The notes below the pieces were generated by a model that did no database searches, was not told the DNA's origin, and was given only the letters and a program-made list of their open reading frames with translations. A program made the position numbers and the translations under genes. Of a DNA stretch of 64,000 bases, positions 39,496-50,537 are shown piece by piece. The first letter of the stretch is position 1. The number at the start of each line of letters is the position of its first letter. The DNA comes from Blepharisma stoltei ATCC 30299 (Eukaryota; Protista; Ciliophora). Location: assembly GCA_965603825.1 (NCBI GenBank), contig CBFDEM010000002.1:682001-746000 (forward strand). Reading direction: 5' to 3'.

Positions 39496-41240
39496 TTAAA
39501 AAATAATATCGGTTTTATAATAAAACATTATAAAAATTTTATTGCATAAATCTTCAGTTCTTTGATGGAAATCAGCTATTGTAGCTTGATCTTCTCTCAT
39601 ATCTGGATTTTCATATGAAAACTGATTGAAGTCCATTTGGAATTTGTTTAGCAAATCTTGCTTTTCACACCTTTCAAGCTCAAAAACAATAGATGGGCTG
39701 CTACATAAATCTCTTGCATTACTTCCCAAAATTCCCATAGGCCATCAGGTTTTTCTTGGACAACCGGGGAAGTTTTATCTTGATAAAGCTCTTCAAAAGC
39801 AGTTTCCCTTTGATCTTCTTTAAGCATTTCTGCACTTTCCCTTTTTCTATATAAGGCTTCCTGTGCTTCAAGTACCACTGCATCTTCTTGTTTCTTCGTT
39901 TCCTCTTCTTCTCTTTGTAACTTTTCATCTAATTCTCTCCTTTTTTGAATAATTTCTTCGACAAGTTCTTCCGCTTTCCATTATTGGCTTATTTGTAACA
40001 ATCTTTACTAAAATCGATTTTTGGTCTTTTCCAAATTGCCAAAGCCACACTCTGTCAACTCATGTGTATACCTATCTAATGCAATCATTCGGTCTACAAT
40101 CACACCTCTATGCTCGTTTATTTTATCATTAGGCTTTAAGTTTTCTACTAATGGAGACTCGTTTAATGTAGGGACATCATTTTCAATATGATAAAGAAGA
40201 TTGGTCTTAGGGTCAATTCTCCTGCCAAATGACCTCTTAAGCATTCTCTTTTATCAGCCCAAAGCCATATCAAATAGTCAAGTCCTGATTTATACAAATC
40301 TTTATTTTCTGGAGGCTTGCATTCCAATGGAGCAATTTTTAAAACTTTTTCTATAATTTTTTTTTTTCTTGGGATTTTTCTTTTCAATAGGATCTTTAAA
40401 GTTAGTTAAAGCTTCTTCTAATAGCTTAGTCTGGCTTGAATTTGTTGGAAAATCTACTAAAATCCATCCAGCTTCATTAGAGATCATGATTTTTTCGATA
40501 ATTAAATTCACAATGTCTTCATCAGGTCTTGTCTTCAAGCAAAATATCAATGCTGGCTTTTGCAATTATGTCTTTTACTTCTATGATATCTATATTATAT
40601 CTTGTTCTTAGCCGGCCTGCATGAGTGCTTTTCCCACTATAAGGATACCCTATCATAGCTAGTTTGATTGGAGGGCATGGCAAAAGGCTGCCTTTATTGT
40701 CAACTTCTGAGTCAAATTTCTAGTCAATCAGTTTCAATAAAGCATCTAAAATTTATAATTAAAAATTGAGGTGTTATAATCCCACTTGCCTTTTCCTAGA
40801 ATATAGTCGTCAAGCTCTCTTATATTGAGTGCTTCATTGTTTCCAACGATTATATTTGAGCCATCTTTAAATAGATGAGCCCATTCATTCCCTTATCTTT
40901 TATCAAGCTCCTCTGAGTTTTTATTTTGCTGGAACGCATAAACTTCTTCTGTCATCCCAAGCAGCAGCTCAAACATGTTTTCCATGCCTTTTCCTTTCTC
41001 ATTTCTCTGCTCAACTTGTAAATCAATTTCTAGCCTATGAGCTCTGGCTTCTTCTAGCTCTACTTCAATCCACATATTATCAATTCATCTTTCTAGCATC
41101 TTTCGCTCTTTTAGCTGGGCAATTTCTGAGTCGTATTCACGTCTTCTTTCATATTTGGTTTCTCTTAGTTTCCTATGAGCGACCATAAGCTCTGTATAAT
41201 GAGTATCTTTTCATATATCATTAGCTATATCTTCTTCTAT
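39496..41240 (-). pseudogene. Decayed internal fragment of a SPEF2/CPC1-like flagellar gene (adenylate-kinase-like region)
   Basis: GWILVDFPTNSSQTKLLEEALT and KRSFGRRIDPKTNLLYH resemble the SPEF2 ADK-like domain. Many stops and frameshifts. Confidence 0.65.
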
Positions 41241-41269
41241 ATTAGAAAGAATGTCTAGCTTTTTTAAAG

Positions 41270-41600
41270 ATTATCTGTTTGGATAATATGCGGTTGTAGT
41301 GTATAATAATCGTTATCATATCTAAAGAATTCCAAGAGAGCCCAAAAACAGTTGGAAGTATTATCTATAAGCAAAAGAAGGTATAATCGTCATAAAGCGA
41401 AATCTAATAACTTATAGATCGATTAGGATTAAATTATGAATAAAAAACAAAAAATTTAGAAAATTTCTAGAGTATAAATAAATAATCAGGATAACAGAAT
41501 TTGATGAAGGTGATCAAAATTACATAATTTCTGAAGAATTAAGCTGAAAATAGGAAGGGTTACTTAAAATAAAATTCCAGCATACGGATTGCAATAAAGT
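41270..41600 (+). pseudogene. Decayed GTPase C-terminal relic, duplicated at 43690..44100
   Basis: tatcatatctaaagaattccaagagagcccaaaaacagttgg is a degenerate YHTKRIPRKVQKTVE and is near-identical to 43790..44100. Confidence 0.75.
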
Positions 41601-41731
41601 GCTTGAATATTTTCAAATAGTTAATTTTAATAAATTTTTATAAGCATTTAAGGAATTTTTGGCTATTAAAATCGTTTTCTTACAATCCTAAAATATTTAC
41701 CATCTATTTGACATTCTATCTACAATTATAA

Positions 41732-43309
41732 ATGGAGTATCCTTATATACCAAATAGCAATCCTTTTACGTCTTATATATATAAGAGCAATGATTTAAGA
41801 TTGGGTGCTAACAGAGTGCAACCATTAGAGGAACCCAAAACTTTTGGGAAAAATGCTAATTCTCCAAAGCAAAATTTTCCAAACGTTAAGCCTAATCCTC
41901 ACGCTCACCCTTATAATCCAAGACTTTTGAATATGAACCCATATTCTCCTCAATATAAAAATAAAGATCCAGAACCTAGATTTAGTGATTTAAATAATAT
42001 AGACGGTGACCAAAAAACTGAAAAAAACGAAGGCAACTTATTAAGGTATCCATCGCTTACTTCTTTATCTGAAGGAGAGCAGGAATATCCTGGTGAAAGT
42101 TCCAATTATAAAACCCCTCCTCATGAAGACTCAGGAAGAACGCATAGAAAGTTTCATGAAGATTTAAATGAAATTCATAGAGAAAAATACCCAAGAGATA
42201 GATCAGAAAAACGAGTTCCTCATAGACATCGTGAACATGAATATGTTACCAAAAGAACTTTTATTCATATGATGGATGAGCTGAGGAAAGAAATAAAATT
42301 ATCTAGATTGAATTCTCGAGAAGTGGTAAGCCGAGCAAGAAAGGAACTTGATAGCAGGCAAAGCGATGAGGAACCAGAAGATTCGCAGCATTTTACAAAG
42401 GTACGAAAAAATGAGCAGGAAGAAACAAAAATCAAACCAAAAAACCCAAAAAAAGTCCCAAGACAAAAAAAGCTCAATATTCCTCCACACCAAAAAATAG
42501 TTTCTTTAATTATTGGGCAAACAGGGTCAGGAAAGTCCACATTTATCAATATTATCACAAATTTTTTCAGAAATGGAACCCTGGAGAATAAAAAAATTGC
42601 GATACCAACCAAAGATTTTCCCCAAACTGAACTTGATTTTGGTCATGCAGAAAACGGAAAAGGAGTAGACCAAAGCCAGACAGTTAAATGCTGTCGGTAT
42701 GATTTTAAAGATCTTGACAGTGGTAGTACTTTTACATTTATAGATACGCCAGGACTAAGTGACACTCGAGGTGTAGATCAAGATGACAAGAATATAAAAA
42801 TAATTGAAAATGAAATTTTAAAGTTCACAGACATCAATGCAATTATAATAGTTCAAAACGGAAGTGAGGCTAGAAAAACAGCAAGCGTGAATAATTCTTT
42901 GGTTAGAATTAGAAATGCTTTGCCAAGAAAAGTTGAAAATAGCATAGTTTTAGTCCTCACAAATTCTCATATTTCTACTAATTTCAATGTTAATTCGTTA
43001 CCTGTAACTCCAAAATACACGTTTTTAATGGAAAATAACGCTTTTAATATAGCTAACCCTAATGAGTGAGTTTTAATGGAAATGCAGCCATACTGGGATA
43101 AGTCGATGAGAAAAGTTAAAGAAATAGCCGAATGTTTATGCAAAATGGGCAGTTTTAGTGTCAGATGCTTTAAAGAGATGATTGAAGAAAAAGATAGAGC
43201 CAAACAAAGCTTCCACCAGGCAAAAATTAAACTTCAAAACCTCTATAGCCTGCAGGAACAGCTTGAAGAGATTAAAATAATGAAAGAATCATCATTGAAT
43301 AATGCTTAG
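41732..43309 (+). pseudogene. GTPase copy G5 with Pro/Asn-rich N-terminus, truncated before the Cys module (525 codons)
   Basis: TGA at 43067 is read through in frame. TAG at 43307 falls where G6 continues, and similarity to G6 ends there. Confidence 0.75.
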
Positions 43310-44579
43310 GAAAATAAAAATCATGTCATTTAAAGAGACATTTAAATGTTTATGCATATTATATCGAGTAAATTTCATCTCAGAAATCATAGATTATAAT
43401 TTCTCTATTGCTACTGAAAGAATTCAGAGAAATTAAATTAATTGGAATATCGATGATTAATTCCAAGTCCAAAAATTTTTGTAAAGAAAACCTCGAGAAA
43501 GATTTTATTATTAATATCGTTTAATATAATGTTACTCTTAAGGATACGTTTCCATTTTTATCAAAAATCAATTAATTCTTATCGATTATAATGGAAAATG
43601 CTCAAAAGCTATTTAGATATTATTAAAACCTACCATCTTAGTTTTATAAATATCCTGCTAGCAGAATCAGCAAAAATTAATTTCCAATAATGATTATTAT
43701 GTCATGAGCAATCTGAAATAGATACAATCAAATGATTCTCAATTTTTTCTAGTTATGTATGCATGGGAAGATCATCTGCTTGGATAATATGCGGATGCAA
43801 TTATAATAATCGTTATCATATCTAAAGAATTCCAAGAGAGCCCAAAAACAGTTGGAAGTATTATCTATAAGCAAAAGAAGGTATGACCTCATAAAGCAAA
43901 ATCTAATAACTTATAGATCGAAGAATCTAAATTATGAATAAAAAACTAAAAATTTAGAAAATTTCTAGAGTATAAATAAATAATCAGGATTGCAGAACAG
44001 AATTTGATGAGGGTGATCAAAATTACAACATTTCTGAAGAATTAAGCTGAAATAAGAAGGATTACTTAAAATAAAATGCCAGCATACGGATTGCAATAAA
44101 GTTATATATAAAACCTTAATATAAAAATTAAATGAATCAGACTGAACAGTTTATTTTTTATTAAATCTGCAAGAAAATTTATAAAGGATCTCTATTTTCA
44201 ATAAGCTATAATCTGAATTTTGTATTTTAAATTTTATCCATTTTAACTAAATATTTAATTGTTCTACACTTTTATAAGCCTCAAAATAAGTCGAAAAGCT
44301 CTAAAACTTCTGTTTTTCAATATAATAAGCACAGTCAAAAAACCATTGACTATTTTTTAAAATAACTAAAAATTTCCAACTGCTTAAAGCTTTAATTTCT
44401 TTCTAAAATTATTATGCATTTAAATTAATCTAGAGATTGACATAAAAGCCTTTCATTTATTTTCAAATAGATTTTAATAAATTTTTATAAGCATTTAAGG
44501 AATTTTTTGCTATTAAAATCGTTTTCTTACAATCCTAAAATATTTACCATCTATTTGACATTCTATCTACAATTTTAAA

Positions 44580-46819
44580 ATGAACTATCCGTATCTGCCA
44601 AATATCAATCCTTATACGTCCTCCGTATATAAGGCCGATATAAGATTGGGTTCTAGCAGAAAGCAACCATTTGAGGAACCCAAAAATAGCAATATTCCAG
44701 CCAATAACCCTCACACTGCTCATTACCCTGCTCCTCACCCTGATCCTCACCCTGCTCCTCACCCTGATCCTCACCCTGCTCCTCACCTTGCTTCTCACCC
44801 TGCTCCTCACATTGCTCCTCACATTGCTCCTCACACTGCTCCTCACACTGCTCCTTACGCTGCTCCTTACATTTATAACCTAAGACATATGAATATGAAC
44901 CCAAATTCTGTCCAACATCTGAATCATCCTAATGAATTTAATTATAAAAGTCCAGGACATATAGCTAATGATACAAATAATATGAATGGGGGACAAAACA
45001 CTAACAATATCAACTTACTAAGATGACCATCGCTTCCTCCTTTAGCTCCTGTGCATGTAGAGCCGAAACCTCCTTATGAGGGTATCGATAATAAAACCCC
45101 TTATCAAATTCCTCATATAAATAATGTAAATGAAAATAATACCTTACAAGAAGTAAGAGCTTTGCATCAGAGAATTGATGAGATGAATAGAGGAATAGAA
45201 TTACTCATTCAGAATGCTCAAAATTCATATTATGCCTTTGATGAAGTAAGAATTTTGCATGAGATGATTAGTGAGGTGAATAGACGAATAGAATCATTCA
45301 CATTGAATGCAAAAAATGTGTGCAATCCGCAGCAGCTTTTTACAAACGTAAGACCAAACAATGAAGAAACAAAAATCAAACCAAAAAAACCAAGACCAAA
45401 AAAGCTCGACATTCCTCCATACCAAAAAATAGTTTCTTTAGTTATTGGGCAAACAGGGTCAGGAAAGTCCACATTTATCAATATTATCACAAATTTTTTT
45501 AGAAATGGGACCCTGGAGAATAAAAAAATTGCGATTCCGACCAAAGATTTTCCCCAAACTGAGCGTGATTTTGTACATGCAGAAAGCGGAAAGGGAGTAG
45601 ACCAAAGCCAAACAGTTAAATGCTGTCGGTATGATTTTAAAGATCTTGACAGTTGTAGTACTTTTACATTTATAGATACGCCAGGACTAAGTGACACTCG
45701 AGGTGTAGATCAAGATGACAAGAATATAAAAATAATTGAAAATGAAATTTTAAAGTTCACAGACATCAATGCAATTATAATAGTTCAAAACGGAAGTGAG
45801 GCTAGAAAAACAGCAAGCGTGAATAATTCTTTGGTTAGAATTAGAAATGCTTTGCCAAGAAAAGTTGAAGATAACATAATTTTAGTCCTCACAAATTCTC
45901 ATATTTCTTCTAATTTCAATGTCGATGCTTTACCTGTAACTCCAAAACACACGCTTATTATGGATAATAACGCTTTTAATATAGTTGAACCTACCCAGTA
46001 TGATTTAATGGATTTGAAGCCATCCTGGGATAAGTCGATGAGAAAAGTTAAAGAAATAGCCGAATATTTATGCACAATGGGCAGTTTTAGCACCAAATGC
46101 TATAAAGAGATGATTGAAGAAAAAGATAGAGCCCTACTCAAGTTTCATCAGGCAAAAAGTAAACTCCAAAACCTTTATGGCCTACAGGAGCAGCTTGAAG
46201 AGATTAAAATAAAGAAAGAGTCATATTTGAAAGATGCTAAAGCTTATCAAAATTATAAACAAACCAAAATAATTGAGCAGATTGATTGAAAAGATGTAGA
46301 TTACCATAATACTGTTTGTAGCAATGATGAGTCTTTGTGCCATAAACAATGTGGTCTGGAATTCACCCCAGATAATGATGGAAACGTTTTTACGAATTGC
46401 GCATGCATGGGAGAGTCTGGGAAATGTAAGGCATGCAATTGTGGACCTGAAAGCCACTACCACACGAAAAAAATTCCTATAAAAATTCAAAAAAATGTTG
46501 AAGAAATCCTGCAGAATGTAAAAAAAAGTTTGATAAATTTAACGCACAAGCAAATAAATATGAAACTGAAGAGCAGAATTTTTTAAATGAAATACAAGAA
46601 GTGGAGAAATCGATAGATGATACTAAAAATGAAATAAAAAATGCAGTTCAAAGATTAAAACAAGTTGCCCCACATTATAATATATCCGATCAAATTCATA
46701 GCATCATTGAGCAATCAAAAATGCAACTGAAAATAGAGCGGAGGCCACATAAAAGAGGTGAAATTTTATCTACTATTAAGGTTCTTGAAGAAATTTATAA
46801 GAGTCTTAACTTTGATTAA
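44580..46819 (+). CDS. GTPase copy G6 with Pro-His repeat N-terminus; single frameshift in an A8 run at 46520..46527
   Basis: ORFs joined by TGA at 45024 and 46287. Adding one A restores VKKKFDKFNAQANKYETEE into ORF 46601. Confidence 0.8.
44709..44873 (+). repeat. Coding 12-nt minisatellite (CCTCAC-NNN-GCT) x ~13.5 encoding PHxA/PHPD
   Basis: Repeat units read directly in the sequence; absent from paralog G5. Confidence 0.95.
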
Positions 46820-47351
46820 AATTTTATTGATCTTTAAGAAATAATATATTTATTTTATAGTCCGAACCACTTTTTGGCTCAGATATTAAATATTATATGA
46901 AGAAGTTCATGATAATATTGAGCAAAATCCTATCTCATAGACTCATAGATCAATATCTCTATTGCTTATATCAAGAACTCGAACTAATTAAAATCATTGG
47001 AATATCGTATTAATCCCAAGCCCAAAAAATGTTTCTAAAATAAACCTCTTGAAAAGTTTTTTATTATCAATTTTGATTATAATTAGAATTAATGCATCTT
47101 TACTCTATTAATATCATATATAAAGCTTACACTAAAGTAAATTAATTTTTCTTTATGCACATATCTATAGATTTTCACTCATTTATTTTCAAAAAAAATT
47201 TGTATCATCTAAGGCTAAATAAAATATTTTTTAAAATTGATTTATCAATTAATCCTAATTCTTCAATTCCATTTTTATCCTAAATTTCTTAAAATACGTT
47301 TCCATTTTCTTGTCAAAAATGCAATCAATTCTTATGGACTTATAATGGAAA

Positions 47352-47561
47352 ATGTTCAGAAGCTATTTACATATCCTCAAACCCTACAAATTTCAGCCGT
47401 ATAAGTGAATCGATGGAAGCAGATTATCAGAAGCAGCAAAAATAAATTCTCCGCTCCACTTCCAAAACCTCTCAGAACGTCGAGTTTACAAGCAAAAATC
47501 GGAGCCGCCTGAAGTCTCTTTCCCTAAAATCAGTGTCATTAACAAGGCTGACATAATTTAA
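47352..47561 (+). CDS. Conserved 69-aa microprotein missed by the ORF track, paralog of 49146..49337
   Basis: MFRSYLHILKPYKFQPYKW(TGA)IDGSRLSEAAKINSPLHFQNLSERRVYKQKSEPPEVSF... Differences from the paralog are dominated by third-position changes. Confidence 0.75.
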
Positions 47562-47711
47562 CTGACCTTATAACTAAAATTTCTTTCTTATTCCAGATCT
47601 TTTAATTCTCTTTATTTATTCAGTAATCTAGATTCTTTAAGAAAAAACTTAATCCTTGTCAATCTCTCAGAGGCCTTTGTTCTTTTCTTTGATTATATTC
47701 GAAAGATAATC

Positions 47712-48890
47712 ATGGAAGTTCCTGCACCTAAAACTAAGAATGTAAGGATTCGTAACAGAACTGCAAGTCCTGAATTGAAATCAATAGTCAACACCTCGAC
47801 TGAGCAGCCTGAAAGCACATCAAAAAGGACCTTAAAGGTGCATAGAAAAGTAAAGGAGGCTAAAGATGACGGCATGCCACCACCCGGATCAATTGAAGAA
47901 GATTTCATACTTGAAAAAGAAGGGGATGCAACAAATTTCTTAAAAGAAAGAAATTCTGCAACAGGCGAGTATACACTCGACACCTTTTTAAGTGGCCCAC
48001 ATTATGATGATAACGGAAACCTTATCCCTTATTCAGTTGTTGGGCCATCTAAATTATTCGACCAAAATAAAGCTCCAGACTGGGAAAGTTTTGAAGCGAA
48101 ATTACCAGAAAATGACAAAAGGCGAATGAGTAAGCATGCGAATTTTAATAAAAAAGCGTATAATCTTGACCCTGAAAAAGAATTTCAAGAGAAATTGAGA
48201 AGGATTGAAGAAGGAGCTAAAAAAGAAGAAACTCTAAAAAAACAAAGGATGAAAACCATGGGGAATGGGGAAAAAATAATACAAGCAAGGCAAGAAAAAA
48301 TACTTGAAGCGTTCAGAAATACTGAATACAAGTGGAGAGAATTAGAAAAATCATTAGGAAAAATTTCTAATAAAAATGAAGGCGATTTATTAGCAAATCG
48401 GGCTCAAGAATACAGAGAAAAAGTAGAGGAATGGGACTTTTTAGACAGATCTATATCCTCTAAAGAAAAAGCTGGCGATTTTGCATGGTATATGTCATTG
48501 AGAGATAACTCAAAAGATAAACTTGATACTTATTTGCATGTAGGGAATATATTTTCTGGGCTGTTTTCTAGAATAGCTGAAAGATCTGATGAGGTTGAGC
48601 CAATTATTAGAAAGCCGGGGCTGCCAAAAACGCTTAACAAAACATTCAGAGATGACCCATATTTCCAGAAAAGAGTACAGTCAGAAGAGTCTAAAAACAA
48701 TATTAAGCCAGTTAATTGTACAGAAATAGAAGATTTGTATGTGGTTGGGTATGCAAAATTGCCTATGGAATTAGAAGCGGCTAAAAATGTAGGAATTGAA
48801 AATGTCAGACCTAATTTGACTGAAATTCAAGAGCAAGAAGAAATTATTGCGGAGAGTTATGATAGTAACTATATTCGAAATAAGTATTAA
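47712..48890 (+). CDS. Protein resembling the N-terminal region of MYCBP-associated protein (392 aa)
   Basis: Intact ORF. IPYSVVG, DLLANRAQEYREKVEE and WYMSLR recall MYCBPAP homologs; recognised from memory only. Confidence 0.5.
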   Translation: MEVPAPKTKNVRIRNRTASPELKSIVNTSTEQPESTSKRTLKVHRKVKEAKDDGMPPPGSIEEDFILEKEGDATNFLKERNSATGEYTLDTFLSGPHYDDNGNLIPYSVVGPSKLFDQNKAPDWESFEAKLPENDKRRMSKHANFNKKAYNLDPEKEFQEKLRRIEEGAKKEETLKKQRMKTMGNGEKIIQARQEKILEAFRNTEYKWRELEKSLGKISNKNEGDLLANRAQEYREKVEEWDFLDRSISSKEKAGDFAWYMSLRDNSKDKLDTYLHVGNIFSGLFSRIAERSDEVEPIIRKPGLPKTLNKTFRDDPYFQKRVQSEESKNNIKPVNCTEIEDLYVVGYAKLPMELEAAKNVGIENVRPNLTEIQEQEEIIAESYDSNYIRNKY

Positions 48891-49145
48891 TTTTATTTAA
48901 TGTTGTATTTATAAAAATCTGAATAAAAATTGTGGAGTTTTATTAAATATTAAAGTTATTGTGGGGAATAAAGTTAATTTAATTATAAAATTCTAACTTC
49001 TAAACATTTTTATCCTTTTTTTGTATATTGAATATCTTTTGCCCTATTGGATCAGTGCAATATGATACCCATTTTTACCCTGATCCCAATATTTGTCCAT
49101 TTTTCTTATTAAAATCCTCGAATTCTTATGGACTTATAATGGAAA

Positions 49146-49337
49146 ATGTTCAGAAACTATTTACACCTCCCCAAGACTTTCAAACTTCAGCCCTTTAAAT
49201 GGAACGACACGAGCCGGATGCAAGAAGCTGCAAGAATAAATTCCCCACTGGTCTTTCAGAACCTTGTTGAGAAACGGGTATATAAGCAGAAATCCGAGCC
49301 GCCTGAAGTCTCGTTGCTCAAGATGAGATCCATTTAA
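49146..49337 (+). CDS. Conserved 63-aa microprotein
   Basis: Paralog of 47352..47561. TGG here aligns with TGA there. Confidence 0.75.
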   Translation: MFRNYLHLPKTFKLQPFKWNDTSRMQEAARINSPLVFQNLVEKRVYKQKSEPPEVSLLKMRSI

Positions 49338-49775
49338 AGAGCTGACGGTATGTAACTAAGCTTTTCTCAGTAAAATTTGACTTAAAATTTAATTCTTTAA
49401 GTAAATGGTCCTTCGTCTTTACCAATGATTCTGTCACTGGCTCACTGTTAAGTCAGCTATATAAGGATTAAGCGATTTATTAGGGACAATTCAAGGAGAA
49501 TATCCTGCTTATATATGAGGATTTAGGAGAAAATTAAGGTGGATAATAAAAGAAAGAAGACAAGTAAAAATCTGTGTGTTGAGGAATTGAAAAAGATGAG
49601 GTCAGATGATGGTAAAGGAGAAAAAGGTAATAATGATAAGAAAAATTAACGTAAATAAAATTTTGAAATTTAGAATAGGAGAATTTATATTAAAAATTTA
49701 AAGATTGGCAGGGATTGAGTTTTAAAAATTTAAAAAATAAATAAAAGTGATTAAAAATTATGTCAAATTAAATTA

Positions 49776-50528
49776 TTATTTTGCCGCTGGTGGAGCTTTT
49801 AGAGGAGGCAAGCCCATTTGCTGCCTTATGCTGTTCCAATATTCAATGCTTTCAGGAACTGGTTCTTTTTGAGGATTTTGGCCTCCTTCTCCAAGCTTAC
49901 TTTTCTTCTTTAGATTTCTTTTTCTTTCTCTTTCTTCTTCCTCATGATGCTGCTGCACCACATTTTCTTCAAATTGTAATTCATTATCAAGTGCGCTTTT
50001 CCTTGGGTTTAATATTTCTAATTCTTCTAGCATATGCCTCTTCGGCAAATGAGGCAGGACCAAATCAAAAACAATTTCTTTGCTCAACAAATCCTCAATA
50101 AATTCATCCATATGTGACACTGATAAAGTGCTATCTGAATTCCTTATAAGTATTTTTCTGTAATCATTATAGACAGGCTCCAGTATTTCATAAGCTTCCT
50201 TAGGTTTTCCAATTAATCTCACATATAAACATCCTAAAGCACGCAAATATTTATAGTCTTCTTGCTCTATATATTTTTGTATAATTTCTCATTCAGGATT
50301 TATTTGGAGCAATTTTAAAGCTAAACAAAGAAAAGGGGTAGGTTTTCTTGCACCTCCAAAAGTCCCACCAATTGACTTCAACTCGACAGCCCGATCTATA
50401 ATAGTTTTTGCATTTAATGCAAAACAGCTTTCTTTGTAATAAGTAGAAGCGTATATTTTGGCTCTAATTATTTTATCTATAAGCAATACTGGATTTATCC
50501 CTGTCACTCTGCTTCCTTCATTCGACAT
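49776..50528 (-). CDS. PRP38: Pre-mRNA splicing factor PRP38A (250 aa)
   Basis: NPVLLIDKIIRAKIY, CFALNA, PTPFLCL, KYLRALGCLYVRL, LEPVYNDYRK, HMDEFIEDLL. Joined by one TGA. Confidence 0.95.
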
Positions 50529-50537
50529 TTATATAAT

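Noticed and set aside
44709-44873. CRISPR-like or telomeric array
   Set aside because: No spacers, not the C4A2-type telomere pattern, and it is in-frame coding sequence.
44544-44904. ORFs VRSNVRS..., EEQCEEQ... and LLLTLLLT...
   Set aside because: Alternative-frame and antisense shadows of the 12-nt minisatellite in G6.
47327-47561. Antizyme-type frameshift gene
   Set aside because: The second frame is far too short and has no antizyme similarity that I can recognise.
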